NCBI RefSeq assembly: GCF_006345805.1
Contig: NC_043015.1
Coordinates: 29,450,001 to 29,514,000, forward strand
DNA: 64,000 nt
Reading direction: 5' to 3'
DNA from: Octopus sinensis
Taxonomy: Eukaryota
The position numbers and the translations under genes are program-made. Positions 1-14,219 of the stretch are shown here, piece by piece. Numbering within the stretch: the first letter of the stretch is position 1; each line of letters starts with the position of its first letter. The notes under the pieces were generated by a model. The model saw only the letters and a program-made list of their open reading frames with translations. It did no database searches and was not told where the DNA came from.

Positions 1-3000
1 CATGTAAAACACACCATCCGAACATGGCCTATGCCAGTGCCGCCTTGACTGGCTTCTATGCCGGTGGCATGTAAAAAGCACCATCCGAACATGGCCTATG
101 CCAGTGCCGCCTTGACTGGCTTCTATGCCGGTGGCATGTAAAAAGCACCATCCGAACATGGCCTATGCCAGTGCCGCCTTGACTGGCTTCTATGCCGGTG
201 GCATGTAAAACGCACCATCCGAACATGGCCGATGCCAGTGCCGCCTGACTGGCTTCTATGCCGGTGGCATGTAAAACGCACCATCCGAACATGGCCTATG
301 CCAGTGCCGCCTTGACTGGCTTCTATGCCGGTGGCATGTAAAACGCACCATCCGAACATGGCCTATGCCAGTGCCGCCTTGACTGGCTTCTATGCCGTGG
401 CATGTAAAAAGCACCATCCGAACATGGCCTATGCCAGTGCCGCCTTGACTGGCTTCTATGCCGGTGGCATGTAAAATGCACCATCCGAACATGGCCTATG
501 CCAGTGCAGCCTTGACTGGCTTCTATGCCGGTGGCATGTAAAACGCACCATCCGAACATGGCCTATGCCAGTGCCGCCTTGACTGGCTTCTATGCCGGTG
601 GCATGTAAAAAGCACCATCCGAACATGGCCTATGCCAGTGCCGCCTTGACTGGCTTCTATGCCGGTGGCATGTAAAAAGCACCATCCGAACATGGCCTAT
701 GCCAGTGCCGCCTTGACTGGCTTCTATGCCGGTGGCATGTAAAACGCACCATCCGAACATGGCCTATGCCAGTGCCGCCTTGACTGGCTTCTATGCCGGT
801 GGCATGTAAAACGCACCATCCGAACATGGCCGATGCCAGTGCCGCCTTGACTGGCTTCTATGCCGGTGGCATGTAAAACGCACCATCCGAACATGGCCGA
901 TGCCAGTGCAGCCTTGACTGGCTTCTATGCCGGTGGCATGTAAAAAGCACCATCCGAACATGGCCTATGCCAGTGCCGCCTTGACTGGCTTCTATGCCGG
1001 TGGCATGTAAAACGCACCATCCGAACATGGCCGATGCCAGTGCCGCCTGACTGGCTTCTATGCCGGTGGCATGTAAAACGCACCATCCGAACATGGCCTA
1101 TGCCAGTGCCGCCTGACTGGCTTCTATGCCGGTGGCATGTAAAACGCACCATCCGAACATGGCCTATGCCAGTGCCGCCTTGACTGGCTTCTATGCCGGT
1201 GGCATGTAAAACGCACCATCCGAACATGCCTATGCCAGTGCCGCCTTGACTGGCTTCTATGCCGGTGGCATGTAAAACGCACCATCCGAACATGGCCTAT
1301 GCAGTGCCGCCTTGACTGCTTCTATGCCGGTGGCATGTAAAAAGCACCATCCGAACATGGCCTATGCCAGTGCCGCCTTGACTGGCTTCTATGCCGGTGG
1401 CATGTAAAAAGCACCATCCGAACATGGCCTATGCCAGTGCCGCCTTGACTGGCTTCTATGCCGGTGGCATGTAAAACGCACCATCCGAACATGGCCGATG
1501 CCAGTGCCGCCTGACTGGCTTCTATGCCGGTGGCATGTAAAACGCACCATCCGAACATGGCCTATGCCAGTGCCGCCTTGACTGGCTCTATGCCGGTGGC
1601 ATGTAAAACGCACCATCCGAACATGGCCTATGCCAGTGCCGCCTTGACTGGCTTCTATGCCGTGGCATGTAAAAAGCACCATCCGAACATGGCCTATGCC
1701 AGTGCCGCCTTGACTGGCTTCTATGCCGGTGGCATGTAAAATGCACCATCCGAACATGGCCTATGCCAGTGCAGCCTTGACTGGCTTCTATGCCGGTGGC
1801 ATGTAAAACGCACCATCCGAACATGGCCTATGCCAGTGCCGCCTTGACTGGCTTCTATGCCGGTGGCATGTAAAAAGCACCATCCGAACATGGCCTATGC
1901 CAGTGCCGCCTTGACTGGCTTCTATGCCGGTGGCATGTAAAAAGCACCATCCGAACATGGCCTATGCCAGTGCCGCCTTGACTGGCTTCTATGCCGTGGC
2001 ATGTAAAACGCACCATCCGAACATGGCCTATGCCAGTGCCGCCTTGACTGGCTTCTATGCCGGTGGCATGTAAAACGCACCATCCGAACATGGCCGATGC
2101 CAGTGCCGCCTTGACTGGCTTCTATGCCGGTGGCATGTAAAACGCACCATCCGAACATGGCCGATGCCAGTGCAGCCTTGACTGGCTCTATGCCGGTGGC
2201 ATGTAAAAAGCACCATCCGAACATGGCCTATGCCAGTGCCGCCGCCTTGACTGGCTTCTATGCCGGTGGCATGTAAAAAGCACCATCCGAACATGGCCTA
2301 TGCCAGTGCCGCCTTGACTGGCTTCTATGCCGGTGGCATGTAAAACGCACCATCCGAACATGGCCGATGCCAGTGCCGCCTTGACTGGCTTCTATGCCGG
2401 TGGCATGTAAAACGCACCATCCGAACATGGCCTATGCCAGTGCCGCTTGACTGGCTTCTATGCCGGTGGCATGTAAAACGCACCATCCGAACATGGCCTA
2501 TGCCAGTGCCGCCTTGACTGCTTCTATGCCGTGGCATGTAAAACGCACCATCCGAACATGGCCTATGCCAGTGCCGCCTTGACTGGCTTCTATGCCGGTG
2601 GCATGTAACGCACCATCCGAACATGGCTATGCCAGTGCCGCCTTGACTGGCTTCTATGCCGGTGGCATGTAAAACGCACATCCGAACATGCCTATGCCAG
2701 TGCCGCCTTGACTGGCTTCTATGCCGGTGGCATGTAAAACGCACCATCCGAACATGGCCTATGCCAGTGCCGCCTTGACTGGCTTCTATGCCGGTGGCAT
2801 GTAAAACGCACCATCCGAACATGGCCTATGCCATGCCGTGCCGCCTTGACTGCTTCTATGCCGGTGGCATGTAAAAAGCACCATCCAACATGGCCTATGC
2901 CATGCCGTGCCGCCTTGACTGGCTTCTATGCCGTGGCATGTAAAAAGCACCATCCGAACAGGCCTATGCCATGCCGCCTTGACTGGCTTCTATGCCGGTG

Positions 3001-6000
3001 GCATGTAAAACGCACCATCCGAACATGGCCGATGCCAGTGCCGCCTTGACTGGCTTCTATGCCGGTGGCATGTAAAACGCACCATCCGAACATGGCCGAT
3101 GCCAGTGCAGCCTTGACTGGCTTCTATGCCGGTGGCATGTAAAACGCACCATCCGAACATGGCCTATGCCAGTGCCGCCTTGACTGGCTTCTATGCCGGT
3201 GGCATGTAAAAAGCACCATCCGAACATGGCCTATGCCAGTGCGCCTTGACTGGCTTCTATGCCGGTGGCATGTAAAAAGCACCATCCGAACATGGCCTAT
3301 GCCAGTGCCGCCTTGACTGGCTTCTATGCCGGTGGCATGTAAAACGCACCATCCGAACATGGCCGATGCCAGTGCCGCCTTGACTGGCTTCTATGCCGGT
3401 GGCATGTAAAACGCACCATCCGAACATGGCCTATGCCAGTGCCGCCTTGACTGGCTTCTATGCCGGTGGCATGTAAAACGCACCATCCGAACATGGCCTA
3501 TGCCAGTGCCGCCTTGACAGGCTTCTATGCCGGTGGCATGTAAAACGCACCATCCGAACATGGCCGATGCCAGTGCCGCCTTGACTGGCTTCTATGCGGT
3601 GGCATGTAAAACGCACCATCCGAACATGGCCTATGCCAGTGCCGCCTTGACTGGCTTCTATGCCGGTGGCATGTAAAACGCACCATCCGAACATGGCCTA
3701 TGCCAGTGCCGCCTTGACTGGCTTCTATGCCGGTGGCATGTAAAAAGCACCATCCGAACATGGCCTATGCCAGTGCCGCCTTGACTGGCTTCTATGCCGG
3801 TGGCATGTAAAAAGCACCATCCGAACATGGCCTATGCCAGTGCCGCCTTGACTGGCTTCTATGCCGGTGGCATGTAAAGAGCACCATCCGAACATGGCCT
3901 ATGCCAGTGCCACCTTGACTGGCTTCTATGCCGGTGGCATGTAAAACGCACCATCCGAACATGGCCTATGCCAGTGCCGCCTTGACTGGCTTCTATGCCG
4001 GTGGCATGTAAAAAGCACCATCCGAACATGGCCTATGCCAGTGCCACCTTGACTGGCTTCTATGCCGGTGGCATGTAAAACGCACCATCCGAACATGGCC
4101 GATGCCAGTGCCGCCTTGACTGGCTTCTATGCCGGTGGCATGTAAAAAGCACCATCCGAACATGGCCTATGCCAGTGCCGCCTTGACTGGCTTCTATGCC
4201 GGTGGCATGTAAAACGCACCATCCGAACATGGCCGATGCCAGTGCCGCCGCCTTGACTGGCTTCTATGCCGTGGCATGTAAAAAGCACCATCCGAACATG
4301 GCCGATGCCAGTGCCGCCTTGACTGGCTTCTATGCCGGTGGCATGTAAAACGCACCATCCGAACATGGCCTATGCCAGTGCCGCCTTGACTGGCTTCTAT
4401 GCCGGTGGCATGTAAAAGCACCATCCGAACATGGCCGATGCCAGTGCCGCCTTGACTGGCTTCTATGCCGGTGGCATGTAAAACGCACCATCCGAACATG
4501 GCCTATGCCAGTGCCGCCTTGACTGGCTTCTATGCCGGTGGCATGTAAAAAGCACCATCCGAACATGGCCGATGCCAGTGCCGCCTTGACTGGCTTCTAT
4601 GCCGGTGGCATGTAAAAAGCACCATCCGAACATGGCCTATGCCAGTGCCGCCTTGACTGGCTTCTATGCCGGTGGCATGTAAAAAGCACCATCCGAACAT
4701 GGCCTATGCCAGTGCCGCCTTGACTGGCTTCTATGCCGGTGGCATGTAAAACGCACCATCCGAACATGGCCGATGCCAGTGCCGCCTTGACTGGCTTCTA
4801 TGCCGGTGGCATGTAAAACGCACCATCCGAACATGGCCTATGCCAGTGCCGCCTTGACTGGCTTCTATGCCGGTGGCATGTAAAACGCACCATCCGAACA
4901 TGGCCTATGCCAGTGCCGCCTTGACTGGCTTCTATGCCGGTGGCATGTAAAAAGCACCATCCGAACATGGCCTATGCCAGTGCCGCCGCCTTGACTGGCT
5001 TCTATGCCGGTGGCATGTAAAACGCACCATCCGAACATGGCCGATGCCAGTGCCGCCTTGACTGGCTTCTATGCCGGTGGCATGTAAAACGCACCATCCG
5101 AACATGGCCTATGCCAGTGCCGTCTTGACTGGCTTCTATGCCGGTGGTATGTAAAACGCACCATCCGAACATGGCCTATGCCAGTGCCGCCTTGACTGGC
5201 TTCTATGCCGGTGGCATGTAAAAAGCACCATCCGAACATGGCCGATGCCAGTGCCGCCTTGACTGGCTTCTATGCCGGTGGCATGTAAAACGCACCATCC
5301 GAACATGGCCGATGCCAGTGCAGCCTTGACTGGCTTCTATGCCGGTGGCATGTAAAACGCACCATCCGAACATGGCCTATGCCAGTGCCGCCTTGACTGG
5401 CTTCTATGCCGGTGGCATGTAAAAAGCACCATCCGAACATGGCCTATGCCAGTGCCGCCTTGACTGGCATCTATGTCGGTGGCATGTAAAACACACCATC
5501 CGAACATGGCCTATGCCAGTGCCGCCTTGACTGGCTTCTATGCCGGTGGCATGTAAAAGCACCATCCGAACATGGCCTATGCCAGTGCCGCCTTGACTGG
5601 CTTCTATGCCGGTGGCATGTAAAACGCACCATCCGAACATGGCTATGCCAGTGCCGCCGCCTTGACTGGCTTCTATGCCGGTGGCATGTAAAAAGCACCA
5701 TCCGAACATGGCCTATGCCAGTGCAACCTTGACTGGCTTCTATGCCGGTGGCATGTAAAACGCACCATCCGAACATGGCCGATGCCAGTGCCGCCTGCCT
5801 GACTGGCTTCTATGCCGGTGGCATGTAAAAGCACCATCCGAACATGGCCTATGCCAGTGCCGCCTTGACTGGCTTCTATGCCGGTGGCATGTAAAAAGCA
5901 CCATCCGAACATGGCCTATGCCAGTGCCGCCTTGACTGCTTCTATGCCGTGGCATGTAAAAAGCACCATCCAACATGGCCTATGCCAGTGCCGCCTTGAC

Positions 6001-9000
6001 TGGCTTCTATGCCGGTGGCATGTAAAAAGCACCATCCGAACATGGCCTATGCCAGTGCCGCCTTGACTGGCTTCTATGCCGGTGGCATGTAAAACGCACC
6101 ATCCGAACATGGCCGATGCCAGTGCCGCCTTGACTGGCTTCTATGCCGGTGCATGTAAAACGCACATCCGAACATGGCCTATGCCAGTGCCGCCTCTTGA
6201 CTGGCTTCTATGCCGGTGGCATGTAAAACGCACCATCCGAACATGGCCTATGCAGTGCCAGTGCCGCCTTGACTGGCTTCTATGCCGGTGGCATGTAAAA
6301 AGCACCATCCGAACATGGCCTATGCCAGTGCCGCCTTGACTGGCTTCTATGCCGGTGGCATGTAAAAAGCACCATCCGAACATGGCCTATGCCAGTGCCG
6401 CCTTGACTGGCTTCTATGCCGGTGGCATGTAAAACGCACCATCCGAACATGGCCTATGCCAGTGCCGCCTTGACTGGCTTCTATGCCGGTGGCATGTAAA
6501 AAGCACCATCCGAACATGGCCTATGCCAGTGCCGCCTTGACTGGCTTCTATGCCGGTGGCATGTAAAAAGCACCATCCGAACATGGCCTATGCCAGTGCC
6601 GCCTTGACTGGCTTCTATGCCGTGGCATGTAAAACGCACCATCCGAACATGGCCTATGCCAGTGCCGCCTTGACTGGCTTCTATGCCGGTGCATGTAAAA
6701 CGCACCATCCGAACATGGCCTATGCCAGTGCCGCCTTGACTGGCTTCTATGCCGGTGGCATGTAAAAAGCACCATCCGAACATGGCCTATGCCAGTGCTG
6801 CCTTGACTGGCTTCTATGCCGGTGGCATGTAAAACGCACCATCCGAACATGGCCTATGCCAGTGCCGCCTTGACTGGCTTCTATGCCGGTGGCATGTAAA
6901 ACGCACCATCCGAACATGGCCTATGCCAGTGCCGCCTTGACTGGCTTCTATGCCGGTGGCATGTAAAAAGCACCATCCGAACATGGCCGATGCCAGTGCC
7001 GCCTTGACTGGCTTCTATGCCGTGGCATGTAAAACGCACCATCCGAACATGGCCGATGCCAGTGCAGCCTTGACTGGCTTCTATGCCGGTGGCATGTAAA
7101 ACGCACCATCCGAACATGGCCTATGCCAGTGCCGCCTTGACTGGCTTCTATGCCGGTGGCATGTAAAACACCATCCGAACATGGCCTATGCCAGTGCCGC
7201 CTTGACTGGCTTCTATGTCGGTGGCATGTAAAACCAACCATCCGAACATGGCCTATGCCAGTGCCGCCTTGACTGGCTTCTATGCCGGTGGCATGTAAAA
7301 AGCACCATCCGAACATGGCCTATGCCAGTGCCGCTTGACTGGCTTCTATGCCGGTGGCATGTAAAACGCACCATCCGAACATGGCCTATGCCAGTGCCGC
7401 CTTGACTGGCTTCTATGCCGGTGGCATGTAAAAAGCACCATCCGAACATGGCCTATGCCAGTGCACCTTGACTGGCTTCTATGCCGGTGGCATGTAAAAC
7501 CGCACCATCCGAACATGGCCGATGCCAGTGCCGCCTTGACTGGCTTCTATGCCGGTGGCATGTAAAAAGCACCATCCGAACATGGCCTATGCCAGTGCCG
7601 CCTGCCTTGACTGGCTTCTATGCCGGTGGCATGTAAAAAGCACCATCCGAACATGGCCTATGCCAGTGCCGCCTTGACTTGACTGGCTCTATGCCGGTGG
7701 CATGTAAAAAGCACCATCCAAACATGGCCTATGCCAGTGCCGCCGCCTGACTGGCTTCTATGCCGGTGGCATGTAAAAAGCACCATCCGAACATGGCCTA
7801 TGCCAGTGCCGCCTTGACTGGCTTCTATGCCGGTGGCATGTAAAACGCACCATCCGAACATGGCCGATGCCAGTGCCGCCTTGACTGGCTTCTATGCGGT
7901 GGCATGTAAAACGCACCATCCGAACATGGCCTATGCCAGTGCCGCCTTGACTGGCTTCTATGCCGGTGGCATGTAAAACGCACCATCCGAAACAGCCTAT
8001 CCATGCGCAGTGCCGCCTTGACTGGCTTCTATGCCGGTGGCATGTAAAAAGCACCATCCGAACATGGCCTATGCCAGTGCCGCCGCTGACTGGCTTCTAT
8101 GCCGGTGGCATGTAAAAAGCACCATCCGAACATGGCCTATGCCAGTGCCGCCTTGACTGGCTTCTATGCCGGTGGCATGTAAAACGCACCATCCGAACAT
8201 GGCCTATGCCAGTGCCGCCTTGACTGGCTTCTATGCCGGTGGCATGTAAAAAGCACCATCCGAACATGGCCTATGCCAGTGCCGCCGCCTTGACTGGCTT
8301 CTATGCCGGTGGCATGTAAAACACCACCATCCGAACATGGCCTATGCCAGTGCCGCCTTGACTGGCTTCTATGCCGGTGGCATGTAAAACGCACCATCCG
8401 AACATGGCCTATGCCAGTGCCGCCTTGACTGGCTTCTATGCCGGTGGCATGTAAAACGCACCATCCGAACATGGCCTATGCCAGTGCCGCCGCCTTGACT
8501 GGCTTCTATGCCGGTGGCATGTAAAAAGCACCATCCGAACATGGCCTATGCCAGTGCCGCCTTGACTGGCTTCTATGCCGGTGGCATGTAAAACGCACCA
8601 TCCGAACATGGCCTATGCCAGTGCCGCCTTGACTGGCTTCTATGCCGGTGGCATGTAAAAAGCACCATCCGAACATGGCCTATGCCAGTGCCGCCGCCTT
8701 GACTGGCTTCTATGCCGGTGGCATGTAAAAAGCACCATCCGAACATGGCCTATGCCAGTGCCGCCTTGACTGGCTTCTATGCCGGGGGCATGTAAAACGC
8801 ACCATCCGAACATGGCCTATGCCAGTGCCGCCTTGACTGGCTTCTATGCCGGTGGCATGTAAAAAGCACCATCCGAACATGGCCTATGCCAGTGCCGCCT
8901 TTACTGGCTTCTATGCCGGTGGCATGTAAAACGCACCATCCGAACATGGCCTATGCCAGTGCCGCCCTTGACGGCTTCTATGCCGGTGGCATGTAAAACG

Positions 9001-12000
9001 CACCATCCGAACATGGCCTATGCCAGTGCCGCCTTGACTGGCTTCTATGCCGGTGGCATGTAAAAAGCACCATCCGAACATGGCCTATGCCAGTGCCGCC
9101 TTGACTGGCTTCTATGCCGGTGGCATGTAAAACGCACCATCCGAACATGGCCTATGCCAGTGCCGCCTTGACTGGCTTCTATGCCGGTGGCATGTAAAAC
9201 GCACCATCCGAACATGGCCTATGCCAGTGCCGCCTTGACTGGCTTCTATGCCGGTGGCATGTAAAACGCACCATCCGAACATGGCCTATGCCAGTGCAGC
9301 CTTGACTGGCTTCTATGCCGGTGGCATGTAAAACGCACCATCCGAACATGGCCTATGCCAGTGCCGCCTTGACTGGCTTCTATGCCGGTGGCATGTAAAA
9401 CGCACCATCCGAACATGGCCGATGCCAGTGCAGCCTTGACTGGCTTCTATGCCGGTGGCATGTAAAAAGCACCATCCGAACATGGCCTATGCCAGTGCCG
9501 CCTTGACTGGCTTCTATGCCGGTGGCATGTAAAAAGCACCATCCGAACATGGCCTATGCCAGTGCCGCCTTGACTGGCTTCTATGCCGGTGGCATGTAAA
9601 AAGCACCATCCGAACATGGCCTATGCCAGTGCCGCCTTGACTGGCTTCTATGCCGGTGGCATGTAAAACGCACCATCCGAACATGGCCGATGCCAGTGCA
9701 GCCTTGACTGGCTTCTATGCCGGTGGCATGTAAAAAGCACCATCCGAACATGGCCTATGCCAGTGCCGCCTTGACTGGCTTCTATGCCGGTGGCATGTAA
9801 AACGCACCATCCGAACATGGCCTATGCCAGTGCCGCCTTGACTGGCTTCTATGCCGGTGGCATGTAAAAAGCACCATCCGAACATGGCCGATGCCAGTGC
9901 CGCCTTGACTGGCTTCTATGCCGGTGGCATGTAAAAAGCACCATCCGAACATGGCCTATGCCAGTGCCGCCTTGACTGGCTTCTATGCCGGTGGCATGTA
10001 AAACGCACCATCCGAACATGGCCTATGCCAGTGCCGCCTTGACTGGCTTCTATGCGGTGGCATGTAAAAAGCACCATCCGAACATGGCCGATGCCAGTGC
10101 CGCCTTGACTGGCTTCTATGCCGGTGGCATGTAAAACGCACCATCCGAACATGGCCTATGCCAGTGCGCCTTGACTGGCTTCTATGCCGGTGGCATGTAA
10201 AACGCACCATCCGAACATGGCCTATGCCAGTGCCGCCTTGACTGGCTTCTATGCCGGTGGCATGTAAAAAGCACCATCCGAACATGGCCTATGCCAGTGC
10301 GCCTTGACTGGCTTCTATGCCGGTGGGATGTAAAACGCACCATCCGAACATGGCCTATGCCAGCCGCCTTGACTGGCTTCTATGCCGGTGGCATGTAAAA
10401 AGCACCATCCGAACATGGCCTATGCCAGTGTCGCCTTGACTGGCTTCTATGCCGGTGGCATGTAAAAAGCACCATCCGAACATGGCCTATGCCAGTGCCG
10501 CCTTGACTGGCTTCTATGCCGGTGGCATGTAAAAAGCACCATCCGAACATGGCCGATGCCAGTGCCGGCCTTGACTGGCTTCTATGCCGGTGGCATGTAA
10601 AACGCACCATCCGAACATGGCCTATGCCAGTGCCGCCTTGACTGGCTTCTATGCCGGTGGCATGTAAAATGCACCATCCGAACATGGCCTATGCCAGTGC
10701 CGCCTTGACTGGCTTCTATGCCGGTGGCATGTAAAACGCACCATCCGAACATGGCCTATGCCAGTGCCGCCTTGACTGGCTTCTATGCCGGTGGCATGTA
10801 AAACGCACCATCCGAACATGGCCTATGCCAGTGCCGCCTTGACTGGCTTCTATGCCGGTGGCATGTAAAACGCACCATCCGAACATGGCCTATGCCAGTG
10901 CCGCCTTGACTGGCTTCTATGCCGGTGGCATGTAAAAAGCACCATCCGAACATGGCCTATGCCAGTGCCGCCGCCTTGACTGGCTTCTATGCCGGTGGCA
11001 TGTAAAACGCACCATCCGAACATGGCCGATGCCAGTGCCGCCTTGACTGGCTTCTATGCCGGTGGCATGTATAACGCACCATCCGAACATGGCCGATGCC
11101 AGTGCCGCCTTGACTGGCTCTATGCCGGTGGCATGTAAAAAGCACCATCCGAACATGGCCGATGCCAGTGCCGCCTTGACTGGCTTCTATGCCGGTGGCA
11201 TGTAAAACGCACCATCCGAACATGGCCGATGCCAGTGCAGCCTTGACTGGCTTCTATGCCGGTGGCATGTAAAACGCACCATCCGAACATGGCCGATGCC
11301 AGTGCCGCCTTGACTGGCTTCTATGCCGGTGGCATGTAAAAAGCACCATCCGAACATGGCCGATGCCAGTGCCGCCTTGACTGGCTTCTATGCCGGTGGC
11401 ATGTAAAACGCACCATCCGAACATGGCCGATGCCAGTGCAGCCTTGACTGGCTTCTATGCCGGTGGCATGTAAAACGCACCATCCGAACATGGCCGATGC
11501 CAGTGCCGCCTTGACTGGCTTCTATGCCGGTGGCATGTAAAAAGCACCATCCGAACATGGCCTATGCCAGTGCCGCCTTGACTGGCTTCTATGCCGGTGG
11601 CATGTAAAACGCACCATCCGAACATGGCCGATGCCAGTGCCGCCTTGACTGGCTTCTATGCCGGTGGCATGTAAAAAGCACCATCCGAACATGGCCTATG
11701 CCAGTGCCGCCTTGACTGGCTTCTATGCCGGTGGCATGTAAAACGCACCATCCGAACATGGCCGATGCCAGTGCGCCTTGACTGGCTTCTATGCCGGTGG
11801 CATGTAAAACGCACCATCCGAACATGGCCGATGCCAGTGCCGCCTTGACTGGCTTCTATGCCGGTGGCATGTAAAAAGCACCACCATCCGAACATGGCCT
11901 ATGCCAGTGCCGCCTTGACTGGCTTCTATGCCGGTGGCATGTAAAACGCACCATCCGAACATGGCCGATGCCAGTGCCGCCTTGACTGGCTTCTATGCGG

Positions 12001-12360
12001 TGGCATGTAAAAAGCACCATCCGAACATGGCGATGCCAGTGCCGCCTTGACTGGCTTCTATGCCGGTGGCATGTAAAACGCACCATCCGAACATGGCCTA
12101 TGCCAGTGCCGCCTTGACTGGCTTCTATGCCGGTGGCATGTAAAACGCACCACCATCCGAACATGGCCTATGCCAGTGCCGCCTTGACTGGCTTCTATGC
12201 CGGTGGCATGTAAAAAGCACCATCCGAACATGCCGATGCCAGTGCCGCCTTGACTGGCTTCTATGCCGGTGGCATGTAAAACGCACCATCCGAACATGGC
12301 CGATGCCAGTGCCGCCTTGACTGGCTTCTATGCCGGTGGCATGTAAAAAGCACCAACCGA
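1..12360. repeat. 67-bp tandem satellite, about 184 monomers, open at the window start
   Basis: Monomer CATGTAAAA(C/A)GCACCATCCGAACATGGCC(T/G)ATGCCAGTGC(C/A)GCCTTGACTGGCTTCTATGCCGGTGG repeats head-to-tail with few substitutions and 1-3 bp indels. Confidence 0.98.
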
Positions 12361-12573
12361 TTGTGGCCGCTGCCAGCCTCCCCTGACACCTGTGCCGGTG
12401 GCACGCAAAAACCATCCACTACACTCTCGGAGTGGTTGATGTTAGGAAGGGCATCCAGCTGTAGAAACACTGCCGGATCAGACTGGAACCTGGTGCAGCC
12501 TCCTGGCTTCCCAGACCTCGATCGAACCGTCCAACCCGTGCTAGCATGGAAAATGGACATCAAACGATGATGA
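12361..12573 (+). mobile_element. 3' part of a dispersed non-LTR/SINE-like element with (GAT)n tail, contiguous with the satellite
   Basis: GTTAGGAAGGGCATCCAGCTGTAGAAAC...CTAGCATGGAAAATGGACATCAAACGATGATGAT; the same family recurs six more times in the window. Confidence 0.8.
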
Positions 12574-13133
12574 TTTGTTCAGTGTGCTGATGATTCGGCC
12601 ATCTCATCATTGCAAGGCATTTTGTCAGACACTCTTGTTCCTGTCAATTGTTATTTGACATTTCTAAATATATAAAAACCTCAAAGATACAATTTTCTGA
12701 GTTTAGAAGTCATATATTAAGTAATTATCTACATAATACATACGATATAGTGCATATAGATGGTAAATGTACTTCATTTCCAAATTTATTCCTGTCAAAT
12801 TTTATCCGTTATTTTTGTGGTTTATAGAACCTAGCTGTTCTCTCTAATGTGTTGAATTTCACGCTAATTGAAATTCCTTATGTGTATAAATTTGCACTAT
12901 ATCGTATGACTAATATATAGTCTTCTTGACTAATTTTTCTTGCACGTTAGACCACTGGAAACGTAGATTTTGATTGAATATTTTAAATTCCATTTCGCTT
13001 TGATATGATTATACATAATACATACATATATACATCATATATCCAGGCATATTCCCCAATTTTTTAGGAAGGGTAGCCACAACAAGACACACACCAGGTA
13101 TTCCATTCATTTCCCAGCTCAGAATTTACAAAT

Positions 13134-13521
13134 AGTATCGCCCGGCATTGCTCGGATTTGTAAGGGAAATAACTATAAAGCATTTTTAGAGAGTTATAGC
13201 CAAAAAAATAGCAAAAAATGCATTAAAAATGGGAAAAAAATTATGGTAAATTTTTTTTTAAATCGTTGACTCATCGTAGACATTTTTAGAGAGTTACTTC
13301 CCTTTATTTAAAGAATATGCATTAAAAGGGAAAAAAATTATGGTAAATTATTTTTTAAATCGTAGACTCATCGTAGACGCGCGCTAATACCCAGAAGGGC
13401 TCGATATGAATCATGACTATAAGATACCCGCTTTTGGTTAAACTGCATCGCAAAATGTGGGAGTAGTTAGGAATCTAAATCAGAGTAGACAGACACACAA
13501 CCTTTCTTTTATATATAAAGA
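13134..13521 (-). mobile_element. Non-autonomous Helitron-like element with damaged 3' end
   Basis: Homologous to 26036-26548 and 38677-38961; hairpin CCCGGCATTGCTCGG is present but the terminal CTAG is missing. Confidence 0.65.
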
Positions 13522-13825
13522 TTAATATTACTTATCATGGCTAACCACATTGGGGAGGGGGTTGTTACTGTAGCTTTATAGCCCCAAGAGATCTTCGTCT
13601 CTAGCTGGCTCTAAACACAATATCTGTGTCTTTGGAGTATTTGCAAAGGGAGGCCATCCCTTCCTCGCAAGCCTGAGTGATACGCTCGAACTAGTTTTGG
13701 AATGTTTGTCCCTCGTCAACGGGCGGCAACCACCAGGTAGCGATGAAAGTGAAGGCTCCTTTGCAAATAGATATTCACTGTTTTAATATGCTTATTCCAA
13801 AATTATTTCAAAACACGGAACTTAC

Positions 13826-13993
13826 CTCTGCTTGTTAGATATGAATCATTTGTGTTGCTAGAAGATTTACAGGATTTCTCGTGAAGAGGCCATGCAGATA
13901 TTTGACAAGATATTGAGCAATATTTTGCAATTTTGCATTTGGCACATTTCATTAAATGTTCATCTAACTTTCCACAGTAATCACATTTTTCAG
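13826..13993 (-). CDS. Gene A MYND exon copy 4 (168 nt, phase 1-1)
   Basis: CDYCGKLDEHLMKCAKCKIAKYCSISCQISAWPLHEKSCK matches the zf-MYND pattern; acceptor tatgaag|CT, donor G|gtaagt. Confidence 0.8.
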
Positions 13994-14219
13994 CTTCATA
14001 AATCAAGGAACCAACCAATGTATGTAAATAAAAGATATACATCAACATATAACGAAGGTTTATATAAGAACGACAAAACAATATCAGTCTACTTATATAG
14101 GAAATCAAATGTAATTTATATTTTTGGTTGTTTCTTCAAACCAAAAAATAAGACAAAACAGTAATTAGATGATGTTATTTAATCATGTATTAAATGTTAA
14201 TTATTGGATTAAATTAATT

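Noticed and set aside
1-12360. CRISPR array or coding repeat (the MFGWCVLHATG... ORFs)
   Set aside because: Monomers are contiguous with no unique spacers, there are no cas genes, and the context is eukaryotic. The ORFs arise because 67 is not a multiple of 3, so they cycle through frames.
12586-12640. CTGATGA hammerhead-like heptamer (similar ones near 23075, 46201 and 55109)
   Set aside because: No stem II plus GAAA plus stem III arrangement can be built around them.
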